DNA of 63,714 bases, the filler included, from Perkinsus chesapeaki ATCC PRA-425 (Eukaryota; Protista; Perkinsozoa), in NCBI GenBank assembly GCA_013115145.1. It is 6 parts of 6 records of this genome, joined end to end, with 100 filler letters (N's around TTAATTAATTAA, not from the genome) between each part and the next. Parts side by side here need not be neighbours in the genome. Positions count along the whole stretch, not along the records: positions 31,579 to 57,572 come from JAAPAO010000514.1; 5 more parts are not named here. One strand, given 5' to 3'. The position numbers and the translations under genes were made by a program. This document shows, piece by piece, positions 34,701 to 49,245 of this stretch. The notes beneath the pieces are model-generated. The model saw nothing but the letters and a program-made list of their open reading frames with translations. It made no database searches and was not told the origin of the DNA. How positions within the stretch are numbered: position 1 is the stretch's first letter; every line of letters starts with the position of its first letter.

Positions 34701-36653
34701 GATCCATTGATAGCTGAAATCGATTAGCTGATCGATTTGTGTAATTGTTGTTAGGAGAGAGAATCAAGTGGTTCTTCGTCTCTCAAAAGGATGCTGTGAT
34801 AAACTTTATGTTGAGCATTAAAGGATCGGCAGATGAGCAGATGTTCTCTGGGCTTTATACGAAGCATGTTAAGTTGATGTTGGAGAATGAGATGATTAAA
34901 CAATTGGTGTTTAAGACATATGATGATGCTTGTGAAAGGCAGCTGGAGCAGGTAGGAATACTTTAATGCTTATTTTGCTCGTTAATTAATGGTATGAAGA
35001 TATAGTTGGCCCAGACTTTCTGAGTAGGAGTATGGCAACCAAGATTTGTTAACTGTTAAAAAGCACCATAGGAGTGGTAACATTTAATAATGTTTGAAAC
35101 TATTATACCTTTAACTTGAATATATAATTGAGGATGTATATCAATGTACTTGAATACTTTAATTAGTGGAAAATAATATTCAATAATTGAACTCGTATGG
35201 CGAATCGAGTTGTAATCAGCACCCTTAGTTGGTCGAAATTCAAGCTGCTAAAACTTTTCGAGGCATTTGACGTTTTCCGAAGGCCTGAAGGCTTTTCCTT
35301 TCCCGGAAAACTTTTATTACTTTCATTAGTGTAATCGCAGTTATGCTGGTTGCGGAAGTAATTGTTGACAACGCTGGTTGCAAAGTTGTTGACAACGCTC
35401 CGTTATTCCCTGGGTTCAAACATCCGAAATCTTTCGAGTGCGTAATTGGCGTATCTTTTGTCAGTTCATGGAGCTATTTGATAATACTCTTGCATCGACG
35501 TTCTCCAATCCCTGGGTTTTCCTAAAACGAGCATCATCTGGTTTGGATAATTTGGATAACAGCAAAGATGATGATAACAGTGACACGAGCAGTAGGCAAG
35601 GACAAGATGCAGATGATGATGAGTCAACCGATGATGGATTGGATGATATTCAATTACCAACTTTTGAAGATACCAAGAAAAGGATACCTATGGAGATTGA
35701 GGTGAGGACTTCATAATGGTGGTGGTGGTGTGATTGCTGGTACATTATGAGTCTTGATAATTTTTTTGTCGTCGTCGTTGTCGTCGGGTGGTATTGTTTT
35801 CAGGATTTTTATCATTTACCGCTCATCCCAACTTACTCGTTTATATATCTCATCCGCGTTAAATGGTTAAGAAACGTTGAAATTTCTTTATGATGTTGTT
35901 AGTGTAAAAACGTTATTGTCTCCACGATAATAGTGACATATTATTAATATCGCTTGGGAATATCGAATGTTGAGTATTACTGTCTTCAGCAGCAATGCTG
36001 TCGATTAAAGTATATAAGATAACGCTCCTCCTCGCAACTTCACTAGGTTGTCTCTCAGCGCAATTCTTCGGTACCATAGTAGTAGTAGTACGGCAGCACA
36101 GAAGAATTGGTATTATTAACTCAAATGAGTGATAAAACGGATACTTGTATGGAATTGGATTTGTCGTTCTTCAGTCACGGAGTGGTATCGAGACGACCCT
36201 GTCCCACTGGTTGAGTACCATTCCTATGGAACCACAGCAGATAGATGAAGCGGTGGAGAAGGTTCAGATGCTCGTGTTGAAGACATTCTCATTCATCAGA
36301 TCTCAGATAGCTGATCAGATCGAACTGGTACTACGGTTGTCAGAAATTATGATATAATTTTGTGACAGTTTTCGGAGTCATTTTTCAAGTTGCCGATGAT
36401 GCGTCGGTTGGAGGATGATATGAGTAACATTCAAATGACAAATGTCGATACCGAAACTTATAAGGTGCGGAATGTGAATCTTGAATTCTTCACAGTGCGT
36501 AACGAATCTTTTTAGGTTCGTCGAGAGTATCTTGAAGGTGAATTTAAGAATATTGAAGATACCTTAGCATCGTTGAATGAGTGCATCGATAAGCTGCAAG
36601 GATTCGCATTAAAAGCGCAGGCCAAGATGAGTAGGGTGTCTGCGAAAAAATAA
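31785..36653 (+). CDS. Dynamin-related protein, alveolate DrpC-like; N-terminal G1 motif missing (in or beyond the gap)
   Basis: YVRVESPFCVDMQIVDLPGFRDF (G3); MLCVEEAGDAANLSTL..DPGFQRTILI; DVEINGGAQFRRLMYEVEVFLRFSEIG..DVIQARG|VSMGSVTWRDVIVKLL; C-terminal helical region ending AKK* at 36653. Confidence 0.8.
32662..32782 (+). repeat. 25-bp intronic minisatellite (about 5 copies)
   Basis: AACCTRTRACGTATYTTTGTWTTTY at 32688, 32713, 32738 and 32763, plus a degenerate first copy. Confidence 0.85.
34165..34340 (-). repeat. 26-bp intronic minisatellite, reverse-complement relative of 32662-32782
   Basis: AGGTT anchors at 34182, 34208, 34234, 34260, 34286 and 34312; units like GAAAAGATACNNNAGAGGTTAAATA. 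Confidence 0.8.
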
Positions 36654-37297
36654 GTCAGCTGTTTAAAAAAATACAACATGCATCGCTTCGCTCCGCCGGC
36701 AGACGATTCGACGGATAAGTTATGTGGATGTTGCTTTACCAGTGATGATGATTAGTCTCGATTCATCATTATTAAGGTTTCTGTTAAATTGCATTATGAA
36801 AGGATAATTGAGTTTAGTATCAATTCTTGGGGCAGAATCTTAAGTTGAAGCTAGTCAGATGCGTAATAGGTTAGTTTGCGGTGCGTTGATAAAGGTAACA
36901 ATTTTCGTTCTATTATCCATCCAGGAAACCTAGTTGGCTATCCTAGTTGTTCCTCGAGTTCTCCCATGTGTCGCCAATCGACTGAGATCGAACTACATTG
37001 AACAACCTATTTATTAGGGTGACTGTTTTGGTGATACGTATGGCGTTTGAAAGCTCTTGAGAGTGACTGAGTAACGGTATTCGATGAGGTTAACGAGAGA
37101 TCAAATTTTAAAAAATTCAGAAGAGAATCGGTTATAATGTCAGACTTGACCGTAGTTCAATTCTATTTAAATTGCATACCATTTACTTGCCGTTTATTAT
37201 TTAAGTAGCTTTACGCAGCTACCATGAGAATTACTTGATTGTCTATCCTCATTATGAGCCTCTCGAGCTGTCACGGAACATTGGGCAGCAACAATGC

Positions 37298-40200
37298 ATG
37301 TTGAGGCTGGGACGGAAAGTATTTGGGACTTCACGAAGGCCGCTGCTCGAAGGGAATTCGTTGTGCATTTTCCTAGTCAAGTGTTGCTCAAGCTACCTTT
37401 GCTCGAATGATAATATCGCGGCGCGTGACTCCGTCGTGGCTCCGTCACGCTTTTGTTGTTACGAGAAGATTGAATGCATCTTTGGTTATGCCTGGTAAGG
37501 ATGAAGGATTTAAAGTTGCTCCCACGCCAGCGATTGGTAACCAACTATGTTAATAATTGAATATAATATTTTTAATAGGTGTTGCATTTGCCCTTCATGA
37601 CACTTCAGGGTCACTTGTTGAAGCTTTAAGTATCTTCAGTAAAAAAGGCATAAGCCTGTCCCATGTCAGCAACAGGTCATCACCATCCTCCATCTTACCT
37701 TATCTATCTTCTTCTTCTTTCCAACAACTCAACTTTTAGATGCTCTCCATTGGAGCCATACAAGGCCATGTTTCACGTTCACTTTCGTGGATCGTGGGAA
37801 TCAAAGGAAACTCGACAAGTTCTTGATGAGCTTCGACCTCTTACACTTGACGGTCAGCTGTAAGTATCTTTCCCACAAGTATTATGCAAGCTTCAAGCTA
37901 AGATATCTTCAGGTTCAAGATTGCGGCACCTGATGTACCCTGGTTCCCACGTCATATATCGGATCTAGACCAATTTTCCAAGTGAGGTTTTAACCGAGTC
38001 GAAACCTAAATCTCATCTTTCCTTAGGAGTACACTAGATGCCGGTGATGACCTACAATCGGACCATCCAGGATTCACTGATCCGGACTATAGGGCAAGGT
38101 GAGGTACCCGACTCGAACCCGTGCATCCAATATAATAATGAGTTGTTCCTCAAATGTGTGCCTACCTTGTACGTGATATACATAGTGCATGATCGGATGG
38201 ACTAGGGAGAAAAAAGCTTTTCCAGTGTAGGTGGGATAAGCACTGGATAACACTAATAAATTTAGTTATTATACGAGTTAAGTGGCACTCCACTTTCTGG
38301 GCATTCTTGAATCATTCAGACGACCAGCTTGGCATAATGGGAGTATTGGTGAATATAAATTGGATTCAACGACGCTGTAACAGTGAATTTTAGGCGAGCA
38401 GAAATAGCGAAGATTGCATCCGAATATCGAGGGGCAGACGGACCGGTGCCGCATATTGATTATACTGATCAAGAAGTAAGGGGCTCCAAGGCTGCTGCGG
38501 TGGCGCGTCAAATGGAGTTCATTCACAAGAAAATCTTAGGTAAACTGAGCTACTGATAATAAGGCCTATCTTACACTAGTCTGTATGAATAAATATTATA
38601 AGTCTTAGCATTGGAATCGGCTACCGATAAAGTTCGAGTAATGCTGCTGCTGCCGTTCAGGTGGCCACTTGGGGGTGTGTTTGGGACAAGTTAACCAAAC
38701 TCTACCCGAATCATGCTTGTAAGGAACACAACGATGCTTTGAAGGAATTAGTTAATGCTGGTAAAGGGCTGGTTTATTCACGCATTATAGGCTATTACGG
38801 TGGTGGTGGTGGCAATTTCAGGTATCTACGGACCAAGGAAGATTCCTCAGTTGAGCGAGCTATCAGAGTTCGTCTCGGCTAGAACTGGGTTCCAGTTCCG
38901 CCCTGTTACAGGATTGCTTAGTGGACGAGATTTCCTCAATGCGTTGGCTTTCAGGGTGAGTTTTCATACCAGATACTAAATAGCTCTGTGATGGGCTGTA
39001 TGCATGCTGGTGCATTTCCGTTTATACCACATATACAGTACTTTGTATTATAGGATTTATACAATAACATATTCAGCGTCAAATGTCGATGTTGAATGTC
39101 AGGTGTTCTTCTCGACACAGTACATTAGACATCACTCCGCGCCAATGTATACCCCTGAGCCGGATGTTATACACGAGTAGGTGAGGTTTCTTGTGGAAGA
39201 AGATTATCAAACAGTTCAGGTTGCTTGGACATGCACCGATGTTTTTAAATCCGGATTTCGCCGATTTCACTCAGTACATTGGATTGGCCAGTCTTGGTGA
39301 GCGTCCTCCTCTCCGGAAATGGTTATGTTTCGATATTCACGCCCTACTACAGCCCTACGCCCCAGCAGCCAGTGAAATAGCATATTTCGCATTCTCCGTC
39401 TCGAAAAATTCACGTTAGACTGACATAAATGACCACAAAATTTTGCTGAATGCCCGCGAGATCTACTCAGAAGCCTCCCGTGAAGCAGGGTGACCAAGCT
39501 GACTCTTGTACCCGTGTACCCTCTGTTGCCCCTTCAATAACCTTCTGCGTTGCCGTCGGCAGAATGCCGCGATGCGTAAACTATACACATAGTGAACCAC
39601 TTGAAGTTGAGCGAATACGGGAGGCGGCGGGTAGCCTGCTTGGTAGCCCTACACATTTCCGGCGTGCAAGGTTTTAAGCTCATGGGTCTATGGAGGAGGA
39701 TCATTCTTAAATGGAGGCAAAGGTTTAATCAATCCTTCAAAGGGAAGTTCGACCGAGGAGCCAGACAATGTGCCATCTCTCCCGTGCCTTCGCCACCGTG
39801 GGGTCCGTAGAGGGTTCCGGTGAATCCTTCATCAGGCTCCCGTGCACGCCACGGTGTGCGGCCTGCGCGTCTGTCACTGCCGAAAGCCTGGCAGCCGGCG
39901 CATGGGAAAGTCGAAAAAGTTGAGCAGGCGGCAAAAACGAGAGAGAAAAGTCAATCAAAAAGCTCCATTGAAGATTTGTCACTCAACTTCAGAGACTGAA
40001 GGCTCTGCCTACATTAGGATTCGAATTAAGCTGCGAAACTCCCAAAGTTTTGATCTGACCGTCAGATGTATGCCACTGGTTAAATAAACAATGTCGTGAT
40101 ACTCATGCGTGAACTAGAGGATGTTGTGACATATACTCTGTCTGGCATCTGAATCGGCCGAAGAACCGAATCAGCAGACTACACATCTGCCAAAAGACTA

Positions 40201-40925
40201 TAAAATCTATATCTCCTCGATGAGGAACATCGTGGCATCTGGTTGATTTAGGGGCGAGTGATGAAGTTATCAAGAAGCTAGCTACGTGTTATTGGTTTTC
40301 TGTCGAATTTGGGTTACTTGTTGATTTTAAGGGGGCCGTCAAGGTAGTACCATTACATCGTTCACAGTTGTTGTTGTTCTTGATTAGTCGGTATGTCAGG
40401 CCTATGGCGCTGGTGTGTTGTCCTCGTATGGTGAGCTACTTCATGCAACTTCTCCAACCAATACTGAGATCGCTATTAAAGAGTGGGATCCTGAGGAAGC
40501 AGCTAACCAGGTCAGTCTCTCGTCGTGATGTGAGCTTAATCTGTGTAATTTATAAACTGAATCTATCTCGGGCGATTTGTTCCACCCTATCCCGCGGGTA
40601 TTCCTACGACCCCAAATCACATACTGTGCTGATAATAATCGAATTAGCAGCTAACAGTTGTGCATTTTCCGACAAGTCATTCCTCATTGTAGGACTATCC
40701 CATCACAACCATGCAGCCGGTGTACTTCGCAGCAAGGAGCATGGAAGACGCGAAGATTAAAATGAAAGCGTAAGAATCCTGGAAGTGGACGACGACGTGG
40801 TTGACTTTGTTTGTTTCAGCTATTGCGATCGGATTAATCGTCCTTTTCATTGTATGTATGATGCTGAGTCGGAGAATGTTTTTACAGATGTGGATGTGTA
40901 CACCAGGCCAGTGGGAATGAAGTAA
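37298..40925 (+). CDS. PAH: Phenylalanine/aromatic amino acid hydroxylase with N-terminal ACT domain
   Basis: [20 protein letters not shown] (ACT); [12 protein letters not shown]; [13 protein letters not shown]; HACKEH; [46 protein letters not shown]; YWFSVEFGL; [13 protein letters not shown]; [12 protein letters not shown]. Confidence 0.95.
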
Positions 40926-41299
40926 GCATTGAAGAAGCAACACGTAGACGCATAGATGGCGGCTTTGGCGGTGGCGCAATGTATGAAATAACATTATTTA
41001 CAAATATTCAATATCCTGCCATACACTCGGTACTTAAATCTATAGCACTCCTATTTGACGTATATAATTTAACTCTGATTCCTGCCGAGAAGATGCGACA
41101 CTTGCGCGCCAAATGACATCGTGCGAAGACACACGCTGGGAGCATGATGATGACAGTGAACACTAACTAAGCAATGTTCAGGTATCGCCCCGTGGATCTC
41201 ACCTCGAGGGAGCCATTGTAATCCTCTTTTTTGAAAGATATGTCTTCTCTATTGATCTCATAACCATATCATCATAATATCCTTTGGTGATGCAATATG

Positions 41300-44200
41300 T
41301 GATAATGGTAAAGCTATGTCACCGTCAGTGTTGAGTTCAATACAGTAAGCTGAAGCTCAGTTCCCGAACATTGCATTCCTCTCATTTTTCAAACTTTCTG
41401 TTCCGGGAAGGCTTCAAGAAGTTGAGACGAGAAGGCTCGTATTTGCCCCGTTGAGGTTAATTCCCGCTGGTTTTGCATAATCTGTTTTATGAAGACTAAA
41501 TCTCCATGGAAGCGCATTCTACAAATTATTCACCGGCATCGAAATTACGTAAATCTGATAACCCTAATGTTACCTATAATCCCTCTCACTCTCGACTTAT
41601 TATAATAACTAAACTATTAAAATTTTACCACCATTAGCTTCTGCTCCTCGGATTAAGCATCTTGGAGTAGTTGTTAACGAACCCTTCTGACTTTTTAGCG
41701 ATATTTGGAAAATTGTTGGTAACCGCGTAAGTCGTAAGCCGGAAGCATTGTTGACGAAAGCTGCATTGAGGGGCTGGCGAAAGTATGTTAATAGGAAAAG
41801 GCTTCTCTGGAGAAACAGGTATTTTCGTGGCGCGTGACTTGAGCTTCGACTCGGCCTTATAGGATTGTCGTATCAGCTAGAGGCCGGTTCCGGTATAAGC
41901 GTGATGTGATGCTTGGATGGTATGGTTACACTCACAGTGAGGAAATGATGGAATTGAGAAGAAGGCGAGAGGAGTTTATTAAAATGGTGAGGTGGGATTT
42001 ATTCAGGAATTGCAAATACACAAAGAGACTGCAAAATCCACGTAGGCTCATCTCCGAGCAATTTTTATGTCGGCTCAGTTCTGGATACTAAAGCTGGAAC
42101 TTCGGCAAATAATATATGTTATTGTACTTGTAGTTTGTAATTGTTCCTCACAGGTAGCCGATAGACATCACCATTTGGCTGCCTCTGCGATGTTCTCGGC
42201 TTGGGTGTCGTTAGTGTATCGAGGAAAAATGAAGAGGTTACGAAATAACAGAGCCGAGGCTTATGCTGTTCTAAGGATATTGGAAAAAGCATGGCAAATG
42301 TGGCAACAGTGAGTGACGGTTTAACGGCGTGAAGCTCCAAAGGCGTGAACGAACTTTCCATGATGGAATATCTAATTTTCGCTGAGATGGAATGTCAATG
42401 TCGAGGTTTCGGAGTTCCGATCAATCTTAAGTGTCTGCTGTCGGTGTATCAGTTATACGTCCGACCGTACCCGTCTGGCATCCCTTGAATGTCTTTGTGA
42501 GCATCGGTGGGCTCAAAGGACTAAAGAAGAGTACATCAAAAGGTGGCAGCAAGCAGCGGACATGTCGGCACGAATTAGGAAAATTACGAACAATTTCTCA
42601 ACCAGAATGAAACAGAAAAGAGGAATTAAGGCGCTGCGGAGAGCAGTATTGCGATCTCGCCACATTGAGGAGATTAGGAGACAGATTTTGTGTGCAAAAG
42701 CGCGCGCCGTGGTGATCGATTTGAGAGAATGGACGCGAGAAAGAAGTCACAAGAGAATGAATAGGGCGTTGGCGAGAAAGATGTTGACCATTTGGCGGAG
42801 TGAAATTAGAAGAAAAATCAAGCTTGAAGATTCTCGGCATATTCTTGAATCTTTGAGGTGCCGTCGACTGAAGCGATCGGCGTGCGAGAATTGGCTTGAC
42901 CTCACCAGAAAGGAAATAAGCGCTGCAAGATATGCCGTTCGTAGGCTGTTGGAAATTGTGTGGGCTAAATGGACTTGCACGGTGAAGCATTCTTGCGTGT
43001 TGGCGGCCTTCTTAACCTGGCGTGAGAGGCTCGCCCGGGTTCCGAGGGAGCTAGCGCGGGTGCGGCTCAGGAGGGCATTTGGCGGCTGGTTGCTGAGATG
43101 TGTTGATATGAAACGGTCGGAAAGGCAAGGCATCGAGTGTCGAAATATGCACGACAATGTTATGAAATTATCGGTGTTGTTGAAGTGGCAGAGGCTTCGA
43201 CTTTTATGGGAAGTGGCGCGGAGAATGGCATCAGGCGGTCTGAAGAGGAGAGCGTTGATTGGATGGAAAGACGAGATGAAAATACGTAAATTGGAGAAAA
43301 GACGGGATAGGAAAATTGGTAGGATCTTAGCGGAGCGAAGCAGCCGAATTCATTTTTATGGGTGGCATGATCTCTGCAGAGTGAGCGATTTCAGAAGAGT
43401 GTTGGAGTTTCGAAGGAAACGGAAATTTATGAATTTATTTCGAGATCTTGTGGAAGATAGAAAATATTGGAGACAGCTCGATCGTGGAGCTGGTGGGAAA
43501 TATTTTACGAAATTGATAGGCGCGTCAATGAGGGGAATGCAGATGTGTGTGGCGTGGCACCGACGGGGCCGGGAGGAAGCGAAGAGGAAGCTTGCAAGAA
43601 GTTTATGCAGGAAATGGTTCGGAAAATGGATTGAAGTTTTGCCGATTTTGCGATGTGAAAATAGCCGGTGGATGGTAGCGGTTAAGCTTTCGTGTGAGGT
43701 GTTGATGGGGAGGGGGTTCAGAGGGTTGAAGGAATTTAAAATGAGACGAATGTCCGAAAAAGATCAAGTGAGGCGAGCTCAAGTGGTAGTTATGAAATTG
43801 AGAGCACTACAAAGTTTGGCCATCTGGAGGGGATGGAAGAATCGTAGGAAGATTCAATGGCAGGTAAGCTGCTTCCGGGTAGGAGTATCCTTAGCAGTTC
43901 CTCAACCTTTTCATTTGTTATTTTATTATTTTCCGAATCCTCGTGGAATATGCATCAGTCGGTCGGTTTTCGGAGGTTTGTTTTTTTGTGCAACTCTCGT
44001 ACGGGGAATTACCTTTGGACGGGTATTGAAGGAAAACGCTGCAATGCTGAAGGAATTAAGTTTCATTTGTTGGTGTTGTTCTAATAACAGAGGTCATTCC
44101 AAAGAATATTATTAGATTTCAGGCATAAGTTGAATAATTATTATTTAGATTCCTCAATAAGTCGATGCGTGCTTTGTTTAAGGTCTCGTCTCATCCTCCC

Positions 44201-46000
44201 TTAAAGTGTTTCTAACCTTTTATGAGCAACAATAGTATTATGCACTCTTTACTTGCAGATTGAGCCATGTTAATCGCATATTGACTTTGCCTAGTAAACT
44301 TACCACCTTACTATTACGCCACATTCTTCCTATTATTACTTTCCTTTATTGATGTAGTTCAGGTCTGGCAGATTAAATCTTCTACCATCGCTGCGGCCGG
44401 GGACGCCCAGAAGCTTCGCTCCACTTTTTTATATTGGAAAAATGATTACCTGCATTACGCCAAACTCAAACATATCTTGCGGAACATCGCCACGAAATTC
44501 AACCTTCTTATGGAATGGAGGAGACTCCTCGTCGGTGTTGAAATAGTGAGAGGATACAGGGAAAGATTGGAGGGTATCTTAGGTCGAAGGAGGGTTCAAA
44601 CGCTAAGCCGGTAAGCTGTAGAACTACAAATAAATTGTCATTTGGACATACCTCTATTTTTCGCGGTGCGTTCCGTCCCGTTTTCAACGGCGCCAAGTTA
44701 ATCTTCTAAAAGTAACAATTGAATGAAAGGTTTCAAAGGACCTTCGCTTCCAGTGGTTCCTCGGAACAGTATTCCCTCCGGTAGCGTTCAATGCCTCTTT
44801 ATATCATCATTTTGATTCCTTCCCAAATTTAGAACAGTTTGACTCAACGAGTCGTCTAATGGATGATGATGTTTTGTAAGATTATCCTTTCCTTTGAATC
44901 TTACGTCTTTTTGGCCATTCGCCGTCGTACTTCAGATTTTCAGATTTTTTAATCTCTACCGAGAGGCAGTCACCGACAGTCTCATCGTTCGTTATAATAA
45001 TTCTCGCGCGCTACTTCACTGGGCGGATAATCTTTCCTCGCAAGTTTGGCGGTATTGGGTAACCAACAAGAAGTGTTGTGTGCCACCGCCCTCGCCCCTT
45101 TGCAGGTTGAGTATCTCAACATTAGGAAAAGCTCACAACTTTTGCGCCGCAAATCAGATGACTTCCTCAGAGGTCGATTAACGTGTAAAATTTTTCGAGT
45201 GTTCCGGTCATTTTCGTCGAGCCAGAGGACATGCCGGCTCGCTGTTGGGCGAATTAAAGCCATCAAAGAGGTAAGGAGTGGATCTTCTTTTTCATTTTCC
45301 ATCGCTGCAGTTCGGAGAATCCGAGAAAAATGAGCTCTAAGCATTTTGGGTTATGTTATCTTCGCATACTGAATTACATCTACGCGTTATACGTACATCC
45401 CCACACTGGAGCTGTTACCCTTCATCAACGACAACATCATCATCATCAATAACAACAACAACAACAAAAACTTAACCCTTAGTGATTCCTCGCCTCATCG
45501 CCATACTTTTCTTCGACACTTCCAATTCGTATTTTGGCTTTTTGTTCGAGCATATTTTCCTGTCCTGAACTGTTTGCAGGTTCGCCTTCTGCGAGGATAT
45601 CTCATCTGTTGGTCCAAATCTTATGACAGAAATCTACGTGTGAAAGCAGGACTGGAAGGTTTTGAAACTTCCCGATCACGAAGAACACAACTTGGCTGTC
45701 TCCTCCAATGGCGGCAAATGGTTCACCAAATGTGCGCGCTACGGAATGTCGGAGATATCTTGAAGAGGAGAATTCTGCAATTTGGTTTCGTGGCCATGCG
45801 GAGGGCGATCGAAGAGATGCGTCGGCAGGTGCGCCAATTTTGCCAGTTTCTCATCGACTTGCCGTTTTAGGAGAGCATCACTGTTAAGGTTGCTTACCGT
45901 TGGCGTCGCTTCGTTCGGCACAGACGTCAAGAGCTCCAGGACGAAGCTAAAAAGTTGAATTCTGAAAGGGAAAGGGAGATTTGGTCGAGGCTTGAAGAAA
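41300..46000 (+). CDS. Sfi1-like basic Trp-repeat (centrin-binding) protein
   Basis: 517-aa ORF 42562-44115 and neighbouring exons show Arg/Lys-rich repeats ending in W (RRAFGGW, RALIGW, RKWFGKW, RIHFYGW). Confidence 0.6.
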
Positions 46001-46698
46001 TAAAATATGAAATTAATAGGCTTCGAGCAGCGCAAGGTGTGACTGGAGGCTAATTCATCACTATAACATGGTTCATTTCAACTCCTCTGTCGCGTTCGGG
46101 AGTGGACGAAGTGAACAGCAGCAATCCATATTTGCGAATCAGCAGGAAGGCAATTGTGGCACTTTCATACCTTCCCCAACGTGAGTGTCGGGCAATTCTC
46201 ATGCGAGACAGGTGGCATAGAAATGGTAAAATTGCACAATTGAAGCACTCGTCATCATTCCCTTTCTGTCCGACCTTCTAATTGCCAAGTTTTTCTGGTT
46301 GTTTTTTAATGACGATTCGAGGGGATGAGGAAATGCAAATGACAAAAGACGAGGAAATATTGCGACTGCGGAAGTAACCGATTGCTTATCGTGGAGGTTA
46401 CCAATACGACGACGTTCAATAATTAATACCATATTAGATTCCATTTGAGATATCTCTTTAATACTTCACTACTTAATTCAACTTGTTGACTCATGATTGA
46501 ACATTTCCAATCCTGGCACTTCCATTGATAACAGTGCTTCCCTCCGTCAAAATGAATAATACTCAAACAGTTCATCCTATCAATCTATCTCAAGAGTTAT
46601 CTTGCAAGCTTTCTGCACCACATAACAGTTAGTAATATTATAGTCTATCGCAAGCGTGGCTCCAGCACTCCTGCTGCGGCTGGCACCGCCGAGGGAAG

Positions 46699-48502
46699 AT
46701 GGCCGACGGCAACTTCACCGATTTCTGGTCGAGTTTCAGTGAGGACATTTTTGCTATTGGACCTCCTCGTCTATCTGAGGTTGAACTGATATGGCGAATT
46801 GTTTCAGGGAAGTTTCTGCGCTACGAAGAAGAATCGATCGATACCGAGTAGCTCATCTGGAGGAGGAAGGTCGTCTTGTCGATACCCATCATCAACATAA
46901 TGTAGGTTTGTCTCTTACAGAACTCGAACTTGTGGCCACAGAAACTCCCTTTACGTTTCTTCTTCTCGCCCTACAAATAAATAAACTGTCTCTCAAAAGT
47001 ATCTTCGTATCACTTTTATCACATTATGGCTTCAAGGAGGCTGGACGATCCCATAGGAGTGTCTAATACACTTGCCTCGGCAGCAGGTTAACTACATATA
47101 ATGTTGGAGGTCGTTCATACTGTATAAGCAGCATCTTACTGCCATGGACTTCTACAGTCGTGCATTCCCGTCAGGAGCACGCGTGGAGCTCGGATATTCC
47201 TCGTTCTGTCAGGTATGTGATGATTCATCTCTCAATACGTTCCATCATAGAGTCCTATGGTTGTTGGGCCTCTTATTATTACAATCATTATCTTCATTTA
47301 TCCTGTCATCGTATAGCGGCCTACTAGCACTCCATCCAGCCATTGTATACTTCTTAACAATGTTAGTTGGTGCTGGTGGTAATGCAGGAAGTCAGAGCGC
47401 TGTTGTGGTGGTAAGAAAGATACTCATAGGTTACTTCATCGTTTCAAACGATTTAAACGATTTAAACGGTTCGGATCAATCCAAATGCTTGATACTTTAT
47501 ACCACTAAGAATGATTATAACTTGATTAGGTTTGACTAATAAACCATTATAGCTCAGTACGGTATTGCCTTATCCATCTTTTACACATTACTCTTTCTAC
47601 AATGACATTTCATTGGCAACGGCCAAGTCACCCTCGGAGTTGAAAATCCTTCAAGGGTCGTTATTACACAAATTTTTAGTTCTCTTCTTGAAACGTCCCG
47701 CAAGACGCCACTCGAGAGTCTTCAATGACACCTGATTAAGACTTTAATACTTTACCCTACCTTTATGCCAATCTCTCGTTCACCTTGATTCAGGTCCGCC
47801 GTATCGCTTTGGGCTCACAGGACACATCTTCTATATGGAAGTCAGCCCTGAGAGAAATAGGTATGTCATTAAGATTGGCCGGAACACTGGGGGTTGCCAG
47901 TATAATTAGAACAATGCTCATACCAACCAATGATGGTGAAATTATAACTTGGGTGAGACTGAGGAAGCTCCGGTCATATTTATATTATTATCTTAGTCGG
48001 AGTCCATCGCAATATCAACATCAATGATTGTTATAGTAATGATATCAATCCTACTGGGAACACTTCTACCGCTCTTGCTCAATCGGTTAGGCCTCGATCC
48101 AGCACATGCCGGTGCTGCAATACAGGTGAGCTGATGTCGGAATATGTAAACCGTGTTACATATTTCATCCTTCACCGCCGCCACAGAAATTGGTTTTTCT
48201 ATTAGAATGGTAGGGCTCCTCAACCTGGATCTACTGATGGTCTTTCTGAGTAAACTTAACGGTAACGCCCTGAGCGTCACGCTCGGTACTTTCCTGAAAG
48301 GCTCATCGCTTCTAGTAGCTCCGATATAACTTTATAACTTGCTGCTCTCCTAGATGGTTTTCTTTTCTGCAATAATCCAGGCTCCTTCTCCAAGTATCGA
48401 GTTACCAGGCTTATGTTCTATATGCATTATTGCTATCAGGTTCTCATGGACATCCTCGGTGTACTGCTCACTTGCTCCATTTGTAACGCTTTTCTAACAT
48501 AA
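46699..48502 (+). CDS. MgtE/SLC41-type divalent cation transporter
   Basis: RVLWLLGLLLLQSLSSFIL..FLTMLVGAGGNAGSQSAVVV..DPAHAGAAIQVLMDILG. Confidence 0.85.
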
Positions 48503-49245
48503 TGAAGCCTGATTCAATCCTAGCCAGCCTTGTATCATCAGTTTTATATACCAATGACATTGAGTTTTCAAGTAGTCCCTAAAGATGGAACTTTGTGAAT
48601 GTACTTCCGTAACGGAATGGACAGTTCGTCAGACAGTTCGTGACACTCTAAACCAAGCAATGGTACGACGCTATCAGACGTAGCCGAATTCAGCCTCACG
48701 GAACTGTGTTCGGTTTCGAAGTGAGAGGATATCGGGAGAATCGGGGAGTGTTTCTAGTAGAAGATACAGTGGAATAAATTTGACGTAAAATATGTTACTA
48801 AGAAATGTGACATGAGATTTCGTTCCTGCTGCTACTGCTCCTACAAGACTCGTGCCCTTGAAACTCAATCAGCATCAAGCAATCAGATAAATGAATAAGC
48901 GCACCGGTAGTACAGAATAAACAACAAGATACAATACGATCATACTAGGTGTGCAAAGGTATTAATGTCATTGAAGTAGCTGGGACCCAAAGTAAGGGCA
49001 GACCTAGACCACACCAAGGGCCACGAATCCAAGTCTCCACAGTGGCGGAAGCCACCCATAGAAGACCTTCGCCCAGTTACGACGGTGACTCGTGCAAATG
49101 AGGAAGGATGAAGGCACGTACATGCTACGAACGTTGTGGATGCGCTGTGACGAAGCAACGCAGAGAAACTCTGAGTAGATTCGTAAAGCATGTTAATCGG
49201 CTCGTCATGCATTACAATGTCCGTCAGATAGTACACAGACACCTA

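Noticed and set aside
39740-40040. GGGAAGTTCGA / TCGAATT as RNase P P4 helix
   Set aside because: Lacks the canonical bulged P4 geometry and recognisable CR-II to CR-V motifs.
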